A model generated the notes under the pieces. It saw only the letters and a list, made by a program, of their open reading frames with translations, was not told where the DNA came from and made no database searches. From Candidatus Caenarcanales bacterium (lineage in GTDB: Bacteria > Cyanobacteriota > Vampirovibrionia > Caenarcaniphilales > Caenarcanaceae), in assembly GCA_033761855.1 (NCBI GenBank), contig JANRMG010000023.1, forward strand, positions 1 through 32,338: DNA of 32,338 bases. The letters run 5' to 3'. This document shows, piece after piece, positions 17,461 to 26,291 of this stretch. How positions within the stretch are numbered: the stretch's first letter is position 1; every line of letters starts with the position of its first letter. The translations under genes were made by a program, and so were the position numbers.

Positions 17461-20274
17461 TTATGATCTACCCTGAGCTAGCGATCCAGTTGTGTGGCTT
17501 TTAGAGCCTAAGTCTGACCATTCCTTGAACAAAGGATCTTCTGGATTAAGAGTTTTAATTTGCTTTATGAGACTTTGAGTTAACACAGCAGTTGGAATTC
17601 TGGCCTTGTTTCTTATTTGAAGCTCAAGCAAATCTAATCCATCTAAAAGAGGCTTTGGTTCAGTTATTCCGGTCAATTCTCTTACTTTACGCGTTGCAAG
17701 TTCGAATTCACTTTTTAGTTCTTGCCAAAGAGGAGAAAATTTAGGATCATCCATTAAGTGAGAGGTTACAAACATTTCCGTATATTGCAAACCATAAAGT
17801 AAATTGCCTAAATAATTATTTAATTGTGTTGAGTTACCCTCTTCATAAATTTGCTTTAAAAGCTCAAATTGTTCATGATTCAATTCGTTGAGCGAAGTGC
17901 CACTTCCATACCATATATAGATTTGCTGTAAAACCCTTGCAAAGTTTTCAACCGAAGGAATTGCTCTAATAGCTTCCATTCCACTGTCTTCTCGGGAAGT
18001 ATGCTTAGGAGGACGGCTTCCATAATTGTGAGTAAATCTAGAAGGAGTTGCTTCTCTGTAAAACTCAGCGAAAAGAGGATTTTTGTAAAGTTGCTTGAAC
18101 TTTGTTTTGATTCCTTCCATATATTTATCAATTACTTCAAACTTATTGCCACTGATTCTGGCCATGCTACCCCTTCCAGCAATCCCCTTAACCAAGGCTT
18201 CAAGCAATTTTGCGGAATAATATTGTCCAGTCTCTTTGAGACCATAGTCCCTATACACTCCATCTCCCTGAACTGTTAAGTGAAGGAGAAAACTGCCAGT
18301 TTCTGCTTGAATCGACTCATGGGTATCTTCAATACGCCTGCCGCCTCTTGCCGTTGCATAGCCTCCTCCAAGGAAAAATTGGCAAATAATATTAAAGCTT
18401 TCTGCAATTCGATTCACAGTAGCCTTTTTTAACTTATTAATTTGTGTTCTAAATTTATTAACAGCTTCTTCAATTCTGTAAGCAGCTTTATAAATTTCCC
18501 AGCCAGCAGGCTGACTACCCATTCGGACGCCCGTATCAGAGAACCCTAACATCCATTCAAATTTCTTTCTAATCGTAGCTATCTTTATTGTTAATTCATC
18601 GTTTGGATCCGCTATTCCTTCTGCAATTGCGCTAATAAAGGGTTCTTCTATATCGTCTGGTGTTTCAATTAAAGGAACAATATCGAGATTGAATTCCTCA
18701 AAAGTCTTTGTTGGATTAGCAATTTTCCAAAGTAGAAGAAGTTCACGAGTATTGAGTTTTCCATGATAAGTGTTACTCATAATATATGTCTGACAAGCTT
18801 TTGCTCCATGTTCTTCTTGAACCGTGTTTATCATCTTCAGGGTCTCAATTACTTCTTCTGTACTGCCACTCAGTCCTGAAGTTTGTATTGTTTCAGGAAC
18901 ATTTGGGAAATCAGAATCTAATAACTTATTGATTAGATCAATCTTTTCATCAGGAGATAGCTCAGAATAGGTTCCATTTTCCAGTATAATAAGTTCATTT
19001 AAGGCTTTAGTATGTCTGCCGGTGTTTTGCCTAACTTTACCTTCTGAGAGGTGAAAGCCAAAGATATCCACTCCGGCTATAAGCTTGTCTACTTTAGTTA
19101 AGTGCGCCTTATTTGCATTTAAAGAAATTTGTCTTAAAGCCAGAAGATCTTCTTTGAATTCTTCTAGTGAAGCATGAGGTTCGATATCATCAGATGAGAC
19201 ATTCAAGGCCCCTTGAAATTCTTGAAGCTTAGCCTCTTTGACCTTTAAAGTTTTTTGCAGTTTAGATTGAATTCTTGCTAGCAGTTCTGGAAGGCCTTGA
19301 ATATTAAAAGTAAAATATTTTGTTAACTGTGCAGACTCTTCAGATAATACTTTAAGAATAAAAACACTCTTACGCAAAGCATATTCTTCTGAAACTTGTG
19401 GTGTTACAAAAGGATTTCCATCTCTATCAAATGCCTCCCATCCTCCAATATGGAATAACGGTTTACATAATTTAATTCTTGTAGGATCGTACAGCTTATA
19501 AATTTCAACTTGATTCTCAGTTAATGCATGGTATAGATCTCTGCCTACAAGCTCCAAGAAATTTTGAGCTTCTTCCAAAGGCTTTTGTCTTTCGGAATAT
19601 CTGGCTCTTGTTAATGAAACTTGCTGTATATGGCTGATTATTTCCTCTTCATCACCTCTTTGTAGAGCTTTAATAAGAACGTTTCTTGCTGTCCAGTTTT
19701 GTTTAGTCCAAGTAAAAGTTGGATGAGAAGTAAAAGTTATTTCTAACCCAGCTTTTATTGAAGGATCCGTCTCGCAAAGCTGCCTCATTGCTGAAGTTAA
19801 ACCTTCTTGATTGAAAAGATCTTGAATAATTTCTTGTCCAGTCCTTGGACGAGTTTTTCCAAAATGTGCGTATTTAAGTGCTTCAAATAAAATAATATAG
19901 CGATCGCTATATTGCAAAAGCAGTCTGTAAACATCTTGTCTATCTTTGAAATGACCTGTAGACAGAGCTGCTTCAACAAAGCTATCAAAAGCTTCTATTG
20001 GAGATATTCCAACTTGTACTTTATCACCTTGTATTTGAAGTCTTAAATTTTCTTCCAGTTGAGGAAATATTTCATGAATGTATTCAAGCCCTGGATGAGC
20101 ACTTTCTCCGATGTCTTTGAGAAAAGGCCTATAACTTTCAAGACCACCGATAACATGACTTCGAAAATTTTGTTCAGCTCCTTGTTTTGTTCTAGGAATT
20201 AAATTTTGTGAACTATGAAAAGTTTTTCTGGCTCTTAGAGAGTGAAATTTACAAGACTCAGAATGAACTTTCAT
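17461..20274 (-). CDS. Highly divergent phosphoenolpyruvate carboxylase homolog (bacterial/plant-type fold)
   Basis: Motifs in correct order: TSHPT, DRDGNPFVT, FGFHL..VRQ, YIMS, IVPLIET, MLGFSD, ARGG, TVQG, GSRP, IRAIP, WYGSG. Several catalytic motifs are altered, so the ppc symbol is withheld. Confidence 0.85.
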   Translation of the reverse strand: MKVHSESCKFHSLRARKTFHSSQNLIPRTKQGAEQNFRSHVIGGLESYRPFLKDIGESAHPGLEYIHEIFPQLEENLRLQIQGDKVQVGISPIEAFDSFVEAALSTGHFKDRQDVYRLLLQYSDRYIILFEALKYAHFGKTRPRTGQEIIQDLFNQEGLTSAMRQLCETDPSIKAGLEITFTSHPTFTWTKQNWTARNVLIKALQRGDEEEIISHIQQVSLTRARYSERQKPLEEAQNFLELVGRDLYHALTENQVEIYKLYDPTRIKLCKPLFHIGGWEAFDRDGNPFVTPQVSEEYALRKSVFILKVLSEESAQLTKYFTFNIQGLPELLARIQSKLQKTLKVKEAKLQEFQGALNVSSDDIEPHASLEEFKEDLLALRQISLNANKAHLTKVDKLIAGVDIFGFHLSEGKVRQNTGRHTKALNELIILENGTYSELSPDEKIDLINKLLDSDFPNVPETIQTSGLSGSTEEVIETLKMINTVQEEHGAKACQTYIMSNTYHGKLNTRELLLLWKIANPTKTFEEFNLDIVPLIETPDDIEEPFISAIAEGIADPNDELTIKIATIRKKFEWMLGFSDTGVRMGSQPAGWEIYKAAYRIEEAVNKFRTQINKLKKATVNRIAESFNIICQFFLGGGYATARGGRRIEDTHESIQAETGSFLLHLTVQGDGVYRDYGLKETGQYYSAKLLEALVKGIAGRGSMARISGNKFEVIDKYMEGIKTKFKQLYKNPLFAEFYREATPSRFTHNYGSRPPKHTSREDSGMEAIRAIPSVENFARVLQQIYIWYGSGTSLNELNHEQFELLKQIYEEGNSTQLNNYLGNLLYGLQYTEMFVTSHLMDDPKFSPLWQELKSEFELATRKVRELTGITEPKPLLDGLDLLELQIRNKARIPTAVLTQSLIKQIKTLNPEDPLFKEWSDLGSKSHTTGSLAQGRS

Positions 20275-20311
20275 TTGATTATTTAATACAAAAGTTTACA
20301 ACAAACACCAA

Positions 20312-20340
20312 ATGTTAATAAAATATTACGAATGCGTCAA
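20312..20340 (-). promoter_or_regulatory. Candidate sigma70 promoter for the PEPC-like gene
   Basis: Minus strand TTGACG-N17-TAACAT ending about 37 nt upstream of ATG 20274. The -35 is embedded in an imperfect palindrome GAATGCG-TCAAT-CGTATTC (20330-20348). Confidence 0.45.
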
Positions 20341-20410
20341 TCGTATTCAGTCTTGCTTGTCGTTAAAAAGAATTTAAGTTAAGTAAATTGCAAAAATTAA
20401 ATCTGCCAAA

Positions 20411-20755
20411 TTAAATCTGTAAGTTCTCAAGTTGCTTAATGCCTTTAACTAACTCATTCATAGTCCTGATGGTAACGTTCAGTTTGTGTTCAGCTTCCAT
20501 CATTGAAATCATTAATTCGGTGGAATCATAGGGTCTTTTACCACTCACCATGTCTCTTGCCATTTGGTTTGGCTCGTTAATTTCTCCAGAAACTTTAGAA
20601 AGCATATTCGAAAAAGTACCCGCTAAAGAATTAGGTTGACCCGAAGCTCCCGGTAAATTGGGAGTGTTTGGCATCGTTGGAGAGCCTGGAAAAGACGGAA
20701 GCTTTGGCATCTCGGGATAACCGGGATAGGAGGGGAAACCAGGAAAAGTCGTCAT
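20411..20755 (-). CDS. fliE: FliE-like flagellar hook-basal body protein with a proline-periodic N-terminus
   Basis: C-terminal FSNML...MVSG...DSTELMISMMEAEHKLNVTIRTMNELVKGIKQLENLQI follows the FliE pattern (F..L, G...D..E.M....A...L....RN....Y.....MQI). Confidence 0.7.
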   Translation of the reverse strand: MTTFPGFPSYPGYPEMPKLPSFPGSPTMPNTPNLPGASGQPNSLAGTFSNMLSKVSGEINEPNQMARDMVSGKRPYDSTELMISMMEAEHKLNVTIRTMNELVKGIKQLENLQI

Positions 20756-20830
20756 AGGTTAGGGTTTTCTCGCTAATGTTTTCTTATTCTTCTTTCCCCG
20801 TTTTTGCTTGTTTTAATCTTCGGTGGAAAC

Positions 20831-20878
20831 AGTCCCCTACATCCGCCATTTAAAGCTAAAGAACGAAAGTGAGGCGCC
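20831..20878. repeat. Partial third copy of the repeat at 26340/26859
   Basis: AGTCCCCTACATCCGCCATTTAAAGCTAAAGAACGAAAGTGAGGCGCC aligns without gaps to AATCCCCTACACCCACCATTAAAAACTAAAGAACAAAAGCTTGGCGCC (26341). Confidence 0.75.
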
Positions 20879-21018
20879 ACTTTTAATTTGTGCGTGAGCA
20901 CAGGTTGCTCTTCAGAGCTTTGCGAGAGCGAAGACCCAGGAGCTTCATTTCTCAAAGGAGGCAAAGAAACTATCGCCAATTTAACGTCTTTCCAAAACAA
21001 GCTCGAAATTTACAAGCT

Positions 21019-22008
21019 TTAATCGCTAGCAGCCTTTTTCAATCTTTCAACCAAAGCCTTGCCAATTCCCTCTTCCGGTGGCAATTCACAGAGAATAGTC
21101 GCAATTCCTCGCTGATCACATTCTCGAAAAAAAGCAAAAAGATTTTTTGCATAATCCTCTAAATCTTTAGCAATAAATTTTGTTTTTAAATTTTTGTGTT
21201 CAAAATCACTTAAGCCAACATTTATCCCAATAAGCGCGCTAAATGGCGGAACACTCAACAATTCCTGATCCTTAGAGAACAAAACAATCTCCGCTTTCGG
21301 TGAATAATGGCGGTACTTCATCCCGGGACTTTTTGGAAAATCTTTTTCATCTTGCTTTTCTTTAGAAGAAAAAAATCCCCCCGAAAGAATTTTTTTGATT
21401 TCCTCTTCAGATACAGAGCCCTGCCGCAGGATACGAAAAGGTTTAGAAGAACAATCCACAACGGTGGATTCAAGACCAAAGACGGTTTCACCTTTTAAAA
21501 TACAAGGAATTTTACCCTCAAAATCCTGCAAAACATGTTCGGTTTTAGTAGCACTTGGCTTGCCCGACAGATTGGCAGAAGGAGCGGCAACTGGACAATC
21601 ACAAAGTCTTATCAATTCTCTAGCAAGCCTGTGAGAGGGCATCCTAACAGCTACGGTTTTCAGTCCACATGTCAAAGAGTTGCTTAGGGAGGACTTCTTC
21701 TTAAAAATTAAAGTTAAAGCTCCCGGCCAAAAAGCTTTTATTAATTTTTGCGCTTCTTCCGGGACTTCCTCAACCAGAGCTTCAATCTGAGACAAATCGG
21801 CAATATGGATAATCAGTGGATTATCTTGAGGTCTGCCTTTTAGCTTGTATATTTTTTTTACTGCTTCTTCAAATTTAATTAATGCACCCAAGCCAAAGAC
21901 TGTCTCAGTCGGGAAAGCCACAACTTCACCATTCATTAAAAACTCAGAGGCAATTTGGGGCGAATCGGTGATGAGAGGTGAATTATTTTGAGGACTACTT
22001 AGAGACAT
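21019..22008 (-). CDS. sua5: L-threonylcarbamoyladenylate synthase, Sua5 (TsaC2) type
   Basis: VAFPTETVFGLG, KGRPQDNPLIIH, FWPGALT, VAVRMP, AAPSANLSG, GLESTVVD, SPGMKYRHYSP. Confidence 0.95.
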   Translation of the reverse strand: MSLSSPQNNSPLITDSPQIASEFLMNGEVVAFPTETVFGLGALIKFEEAVKKIYKLKGRPQDNPLIIHIADLSQIEALVEEVPEEAQKLIKAFWPGALTLIFKKKSSLSNSLTCGLKTVAVRMPSHRLARELIRLCDCPVAAPSANLSGKPSATKTEHVLQDFEGKIPCILKGETVFGLESTVVDCSSKPFRILRQGSVSEEEIKKILSGGFFSSKEKQDEKDFPKSPGMKYRHYSPKAEIVLFSKDQELLSVPPFSALIGINVGLSDFEHKNLKTKFIAKDLEDYAKNLFAFFRECDQRGIATILCELPPEEGIGKALVERLKKAASD

Positions 22009-22126
22009 GATTGAATTAATAACTTATGTGATAATTGCTTAATTAAAGTCTGGACGAAAGAAAACTTATTAACAATGCAGCTTTAACTCCTAGTCATACT
22101 CGATAAAAACACATCCGAAAGCGGCT

Positions 22127-23788
22127 TTGAGAGAGTTACACAAAACAAATAATCATTTCTGGAGCGAAAAAGTATTGTCTAATAATAACTCAAAAAAATT
22201 ATCCTCTATAACCATCCTAATTGGTGTTAGTCTCCTGGCTCTTTTATCGGTGGTATTGCATTATTTGGGTTTTCTCTCTCAGGTTCTTGCCTATCCTTTG
22301 GCAGCTTCACTGCAAGAGTCTTGGAATACAACCTTTGCTTTTAGTCTTTATTCGCCAACAACAACTTTCTCTAATACTTGGAATTATGCCATCAGTCCAG
22401 CTTTTACAGAGCTTTTGATTGCCAGCATAAAAATTCTGGGAAAGAATTTCAATACAGAAAACATATCGTTTATCTTTAGCACCTCTCGAGTTTTGAGTCT
22501 GGTTGGGCTTTTGGGAAGCCTTAGCATATTTTATTTAATTCAAAAGAAAGAAGACATTAAACCATTAGCATCTCTTGCCTCTTTTTTAATTTTGCTTTCT
22601 CTTCCACTCATTCAAGAATTTTCTTTTAAATCTGCTGGCGCTTCTTTGGGACTTATGTTTGGGTTTTGTGCCATCTATCGGTTTATGACTTATGTCCGCA
22701 AAGAGAGTTGGCGCCCCGCTATATTGATTGGAAGCTGTTTGGCACTTTCCATAGCGCTTTCGCATAATTTGGTTTTTTGGGCTTTTCCTCTTTCGTGCTT
22801 TGTAATTCTTTTTAGCGTAAAAAATAAAGCAGCATTTTTTAAAATTGCACTCGTATTTAGTCTTCTAATCGCCTTAGATACATTTATTAGTTTTAGAACT
22901 CATGGTTTTTCTGGCAGCTTTTTGGGCTTAACCGGCTGGAAATCCGAGCTTTGGACACAGAATTTAGATATTTTTTATTCTTGGGCGCTTTTTTCATTGA
23001 TTGCTCTGTTTCTCTTTTTGGTTGGACGGAAAATTGATTTTGAGACAAACCCCATCCATCCTTGCAATACCATTGTTCTATTTGCTCTGCCATCCAACTT
23101 GTTGTTGTCGGGAATGTCTTTGGATAATTTGAGTGGATGGGCGCTTTTAAGTTTTGCTATTGTCTGGATGGGAGCCATCTTCCTCAACAAGCTTTTAACC
23201 GGGCGCCACAGATTGGGCTTAAATTTACTTAGCTGTTTAATTTTGGCCATTGCGCTCTTTACACCGCTTCTGCCGCCAGAATTAATATTGGTTCTGCAAG
23301 AAAAACCGTCTGCTCTGGCGGCAACTCAAGAATGGTTACAAAAAAACAAAGCAGAAAACCAGAATCAATCAAAAGTTGAAAAGCGCAAATCCAAAAGAAA
23401 AAAAAGAAAGATAAAGCAACAGCAAATTTTTTCACAAGACCCAACTCTGAACTTAATTGCTGCAACTTCTTTAGAGGAGATCTACGATCCAATCAAGCTT
23501 TTTAACGATGACAGTCTCACTGACAAACTTGAAACTGCTTTTTTAGAGCAAAAATTTGATAAGGTTTTCAAGACCAAATTCTTTGCTTTACCCTCTTCCA
23601 TTCAACAATCCATAAGAACCAGCTATCTTCCCGAACAGGAAATTTTGGTGGCTGGCTCTCCGGGAGCAATGTATATTCCTGGCATTCCTAGTGACGTGGA
23701 TAGACGAGATCCAAAATGGAAAACAGAGAATGAAGATCAAGTTGCTACTAGTGAAGAAGGTTATGCAACTTTTACAAAAGTAGAATGA
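22127..23788 (+). CDS. Multi-pass membrane protein, possibly a GT-C-fold glycosyltransferase; start uncertain
   Basis: About 11-12 hydrophobic segments with a first extracytoplasmic loop and a soluble C-terminal domain. Family inferred from architecture only. Confidence 0.55.
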   Translation: MRELHKTNNHFWSEKVLSNNNSKKLSSITILIGVSLLALLSVVLHYLGFLSQVLAYPLAASLQESWNTTFAFSLYSPTTTFSNTWNYAISPAFTELLIASIKILGKNFNTENISFIFSTSRVLSLVGLLGSLSIFYLIQKKEDIKPLASLASFLILLSLPLIQEFSFKSAGASLGLMFGFCAIYRFMTYVRKESWRPAILIGSCLALSIALSHNLVFWAFPLSCFVILFSVKNKAAFFKIALVFSLLIALDTFISFRTHGFSGSFLGLTGWKSELWTQNLDIFYSWALFSLIALFLFLVGRKIDFETNPIHPCNTIVLFALPSNLLLSGMSLDNLSGWALLSFAIVWMGAIFLNKLLTGRHRLGLNLLSCLILAIALFTPLLPPELILVLQEKPSALAATQEWLQKNKAENQNQSKVEKRKSKRKKRKIKQQQIFSQDPTLNLIAATSLEEIYDPIKLFNDDSLTDKLETAFLEQKFDKVFKTKFFALPSSIQQSIRTSYLPEQEILVAGSPGAMYIPGIPSDVDRRDPKWKTENEDQVATSEEGYATFTKVE

Positions 23789-23817
23789 TGTTTTTGCTTT
23801 TTACTCATTCGACATAC

Positions 23818-24501
23818 TCAGGTGAACAAAAACCGCCCAACCCGCAACATGGTTGAACCCGCTCGAATAGCTTCAAGATAATCACCAGACATTCCCATCG
23901 AAAGTTCATCCAAAGAAATATTAGAAAAATTTTTTTCTTGAATTTGTTTTTGCAAATCAGCTAAAGCCGAAAACAGCCTAAAATTCTCATCCGAAGGCAA
24001 TCCCCTTGGCAGTATTGTCATTAAGCCCTTCATCTGAAGATTCTCAAGCTTACTAATTTCTGGCAAAGCCTCCAAAAGCTCCGGGACAGCAAAACCAAAT
24101 TTACCAAATGAAGCGGGTGAACTATCGTCAGCAAGCTTTACCTGAAGAAGAAGCTTAGGTGGATGAAATCCCTTTTCATTTTTACAAACTTTTGTTTCTT
24201 CATTAATTAACTTTGCTAAACGCAAACTGTCTACCGAATGAATCCAATCGAAAATCTTAATTGCCTCTTTAACTTTATTGGTTTGTAAATGCCCAACCAA
24301 ATGCCAGTTAAGATCTTTTAAATCTTGCAATTCCTCTTTTTTTTGTTTGGCATCCTGAATCCGGCTTTCACCAAAGTCGCGCAAACCCAAAGCATAAGCC
24401 TCCCGGATAACCGAGGAATCAACGTATTTGCTTACGGCAACAACTTTTACCTTTACGTGAATTTGCTCTTTAATTTCAGCGATTTTTTGGGCCAATTTCA
24501 T
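23818..24501 (-). CDS. yggS: YggS family pyridoxal-phosphate homeostasis protein
   Basis: VAVSK, FGESRIQ, WHLVGHLQTNK, IHSVD, KFG, GLMTI, LSMGMSGD, GSTMLRVG. Confidence 0.95.
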   Translation of the reverse strand: MKLAQKIAEIKEQIHVKVKVVAVSKYVDSSVIREAYALGLRDFGESRIQDAKQKKEELQDLKDLNWHLVGHLQTNKVKEAIKIFDWIHSVDSLRLAKLINEETKVCKNEKGFHPPKLLLQVKLADDSSPASFGKFGFAVPELLEALPEISKLENLQMKGLMTILPRGLPSDENFRLFSALADLQKQIQEKNFSNISLDELSMGMSGDYLEAIRAGSTMLRVGRFLFT

Positions 24502-24510
24502 GAAAAAATT

Positions 24511-25070
24511 TTATTGATTAGTTTCATTTGGAAATTTAGCAGTTGCTTCTTCTGGAAACTGATAAGCCGTAATACCTTTTTTTAAAAGATATTTTAAATT
24601 AATTTTGTCACCTTCCGAGAAATTATTTTGTCTTGCAAAACCGGCTTTGGTCTCAAGCACATATTTTGCCTTCGCTCGTGGCCAGTATTGGATGCCGTCA
24701 TTCAATGGTTGCGCATTTTCAAAAACATCGATAATTTTGCCATTTTCCGAAATAAAAGTTATATCGAGCGGGATGAAAGTATTTTTCATCCAAAAAGGGA
24801 AAACACCGGGCTCCGGAAAAACAAAGAGCATTGCACATTCGTCACAGAGCGATTTTCTATTCATTAAACCAGTCTGTAATTCTTGCGGTCTTTCGGCGAT
24901 TTCTAAAGTTTTAAATCTTATTTTATGCAAACGCGTTTTAGGGATTGCCACTTCATGTGGTGTTTTATTTTGGAAAGTATCAGGCTTCGCAAAAGCGCAT
25001 GAATGGAGGCCAACACAGAGAAAACAACAAACAAAGTAAAAGACAAGAAAATCAAACCGAAGTAATACAC
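24511..25070 (-). CDS. DUF192-domain exported protein; start approximate (ORF-track start at 25176 runs through a REP element)
   Basis: LEIAE...GLMNR..L....AMLFVF, FWMKNTFIPLDITFI, YVLETKAG; hydrophobic signal-like stretch ending AFA. Confidence 0.85.
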
Positions 25071-25106
25071 CGTCAGAGAAAGGTCTCAACCCTTCCGCTA
25101 TCGCTT

Positions 25107-25144
25107 CCTCCCCTCTCCAAGCTGGAGAGGGGTTGGGGGTGAGG
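25107..25144. repeat. REP-like palindromic element
   Basis: CCCCTCTCCA-AGC-TGGAGAGGGG hairpin followed by TTGGGGGTGAGG, the widespread CCTCACCCC..CCCTCTCC..GGAGAGGG repeat type. Confidence 0.8.
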
Positions 25145-25326
25145 CTTTTCTCTTTAACAAAAAATCTAAACACCAAAATTTTTAAACCTTTAGAAATTTA
25201 CAATTTATCCAAAAATTTTTTCCTGCAATTGACTTCATTTTAAATGATCCGCTCAAAATCAGCGCTGGAACTTCTGTTTGCTAAAAACAAATTATGAAGG
25301 CAAAAGCCCAAAAAGATTTTTTTAAA

Positions 25327-25566
25327 TTATTTATTCTCGAAGAATTTTTTCTTTTTTAGAAAATCAATCAATCTTTTTACACCAATGATTACCCCTAAAA
25401 TTCCACCGCCCAAAATTCCCATAATTTCTGGGAAATTAAATTTATGAGAAAAATAGTATCCCACAAATCCAAGAACCAGAGGGAGAATTACAGGAGAAAG
25501 CGAAACTTCATAAGCTAAAAACGTTTCGCTAATTTCACTTCCATTCGATTTTTTTCTCTCGGGCAT
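25327..25566 (-). CDS. Small two-TM protein, AtpZ/AtpI (ATPase gene 1)-like
   Basis: 79 aa: PLVLGFVGYYFSHKFN-P-GILGGGILGVIIG followed by a basic tail. Confidence 0.6.
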   Translation of the reverse strand: MPERKKSNGSEISETFLAYEVSLSPVILPLVLGFVGYYFSHKFNFPEIMGILGGGILGVIIGVKRLIDFLKKKKFFENK

Positions 25567-25834
25567 ACAGAGTATATTTTGGTATCTCTCGCATTAAAGG
25601 GTATACGAATTGTAAAAGGAGCGCTTATAAGAAAGGATAAAAGATTTAAGTTCAACTTTGAGTTTCCAAAGATTAAGTTTTTGAACTACCTCGAAAAATT
25701 GCTTAAGACCAATCAAAACAGTATTAACAATCCAAGAGCAAAAACAATTTCTCAAATACTTAAAGTTAAATAAGAGTCTTCCGTTCTAAAGCATTCCTAA
25801 TTTCAAACTAACATCTCAGACCAAGAAGAAGAAA

Positions 25835-26260
25835 GTGAAAAAAACAACCAAATCTAAAGCTAAACCAGCTGCTAAATCTACCGTAGCCAAGAAAGCTGCT
25901 CCAAAGAAAGCTGCTGCTAAGAAGCCAGTTGCTAAAAAAATCATCAAAAAAGTAGCTGCTCCTAAAAAGTCAGTTGCTCTTAAGAAAATTGCTGCTCCTA
26001 AAAAGCTTGCAACCAAAAAAGCTGCTGCTCCTAAAAAAGCTGTTGCTAAGAAGCCAGTTGCTAAGAAAGGTATTGCTGCTAAAGCTCTTTCTACTCTTAA
26101 AAAAGCTGCTTCCAAAGTTGCCAAGAAAGTAACCAAAAAAGCTCCAGCCGCTAAATCCAAGGCTGCTAAAGCTAAAAAGGTTATTTTGGGTAAAGCTGTT
26201 AAGGCTAAAGCGCTCTCTTCAATCAAAAGAAGAGTTAAAGCTAAAGCCGCTAAAAAATAA
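25835..26260 (+). CDS. Histone H1-like Lys/Ala-rich DNA-binding protein
   Basis: 141 aa of KKAAP/KKPVA-type repeats with no Asp, Glu or aromatic residues; strong GCT/AAA codon bias; followed by a terminator. Confidence 0.85.
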   Translation: MKKTTKSKAKPAAKSTVAKKAAPKKAAAKKPVAKKIIKKVAAPKKSVALKKIAAPKKLATKKAAAPKKAVAKKPVAKKGIAAKALSTLKKAASKVAKKVTKKAPAAKSKAAKAKKVILGKAVKAKALSSIKRRVKAKAAKK

Positions 26261-26291
26261 TTAGCTAGCCAGGTTAACTCTACAAAATTAA

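Noticed and set aside
20773-21162. ORFs 20773-21000 (-) and 20890-21162 (+) as possible flgC-like or leader genes
   Set aside because: No FlgB/FlgC motifs; one runs through the repeat copy at 20831 and the other overlaps sua5 antisense.
25071-25176. N-terminal extension of the DUF192 ORF (SLTPNPSPAWRGE)
   Set aside because: It is the translation of the REP hairpin; the real start is probably nearer the hydrophobic signal segment, though I could not fix it exactly.
25177-25800. Short open stretches flanking the AtpZ-like gene, including ORF 25579-25773 (+)
   Set aside because: Short, interrupted by stops in the plausible frames and without recognisable motifs.
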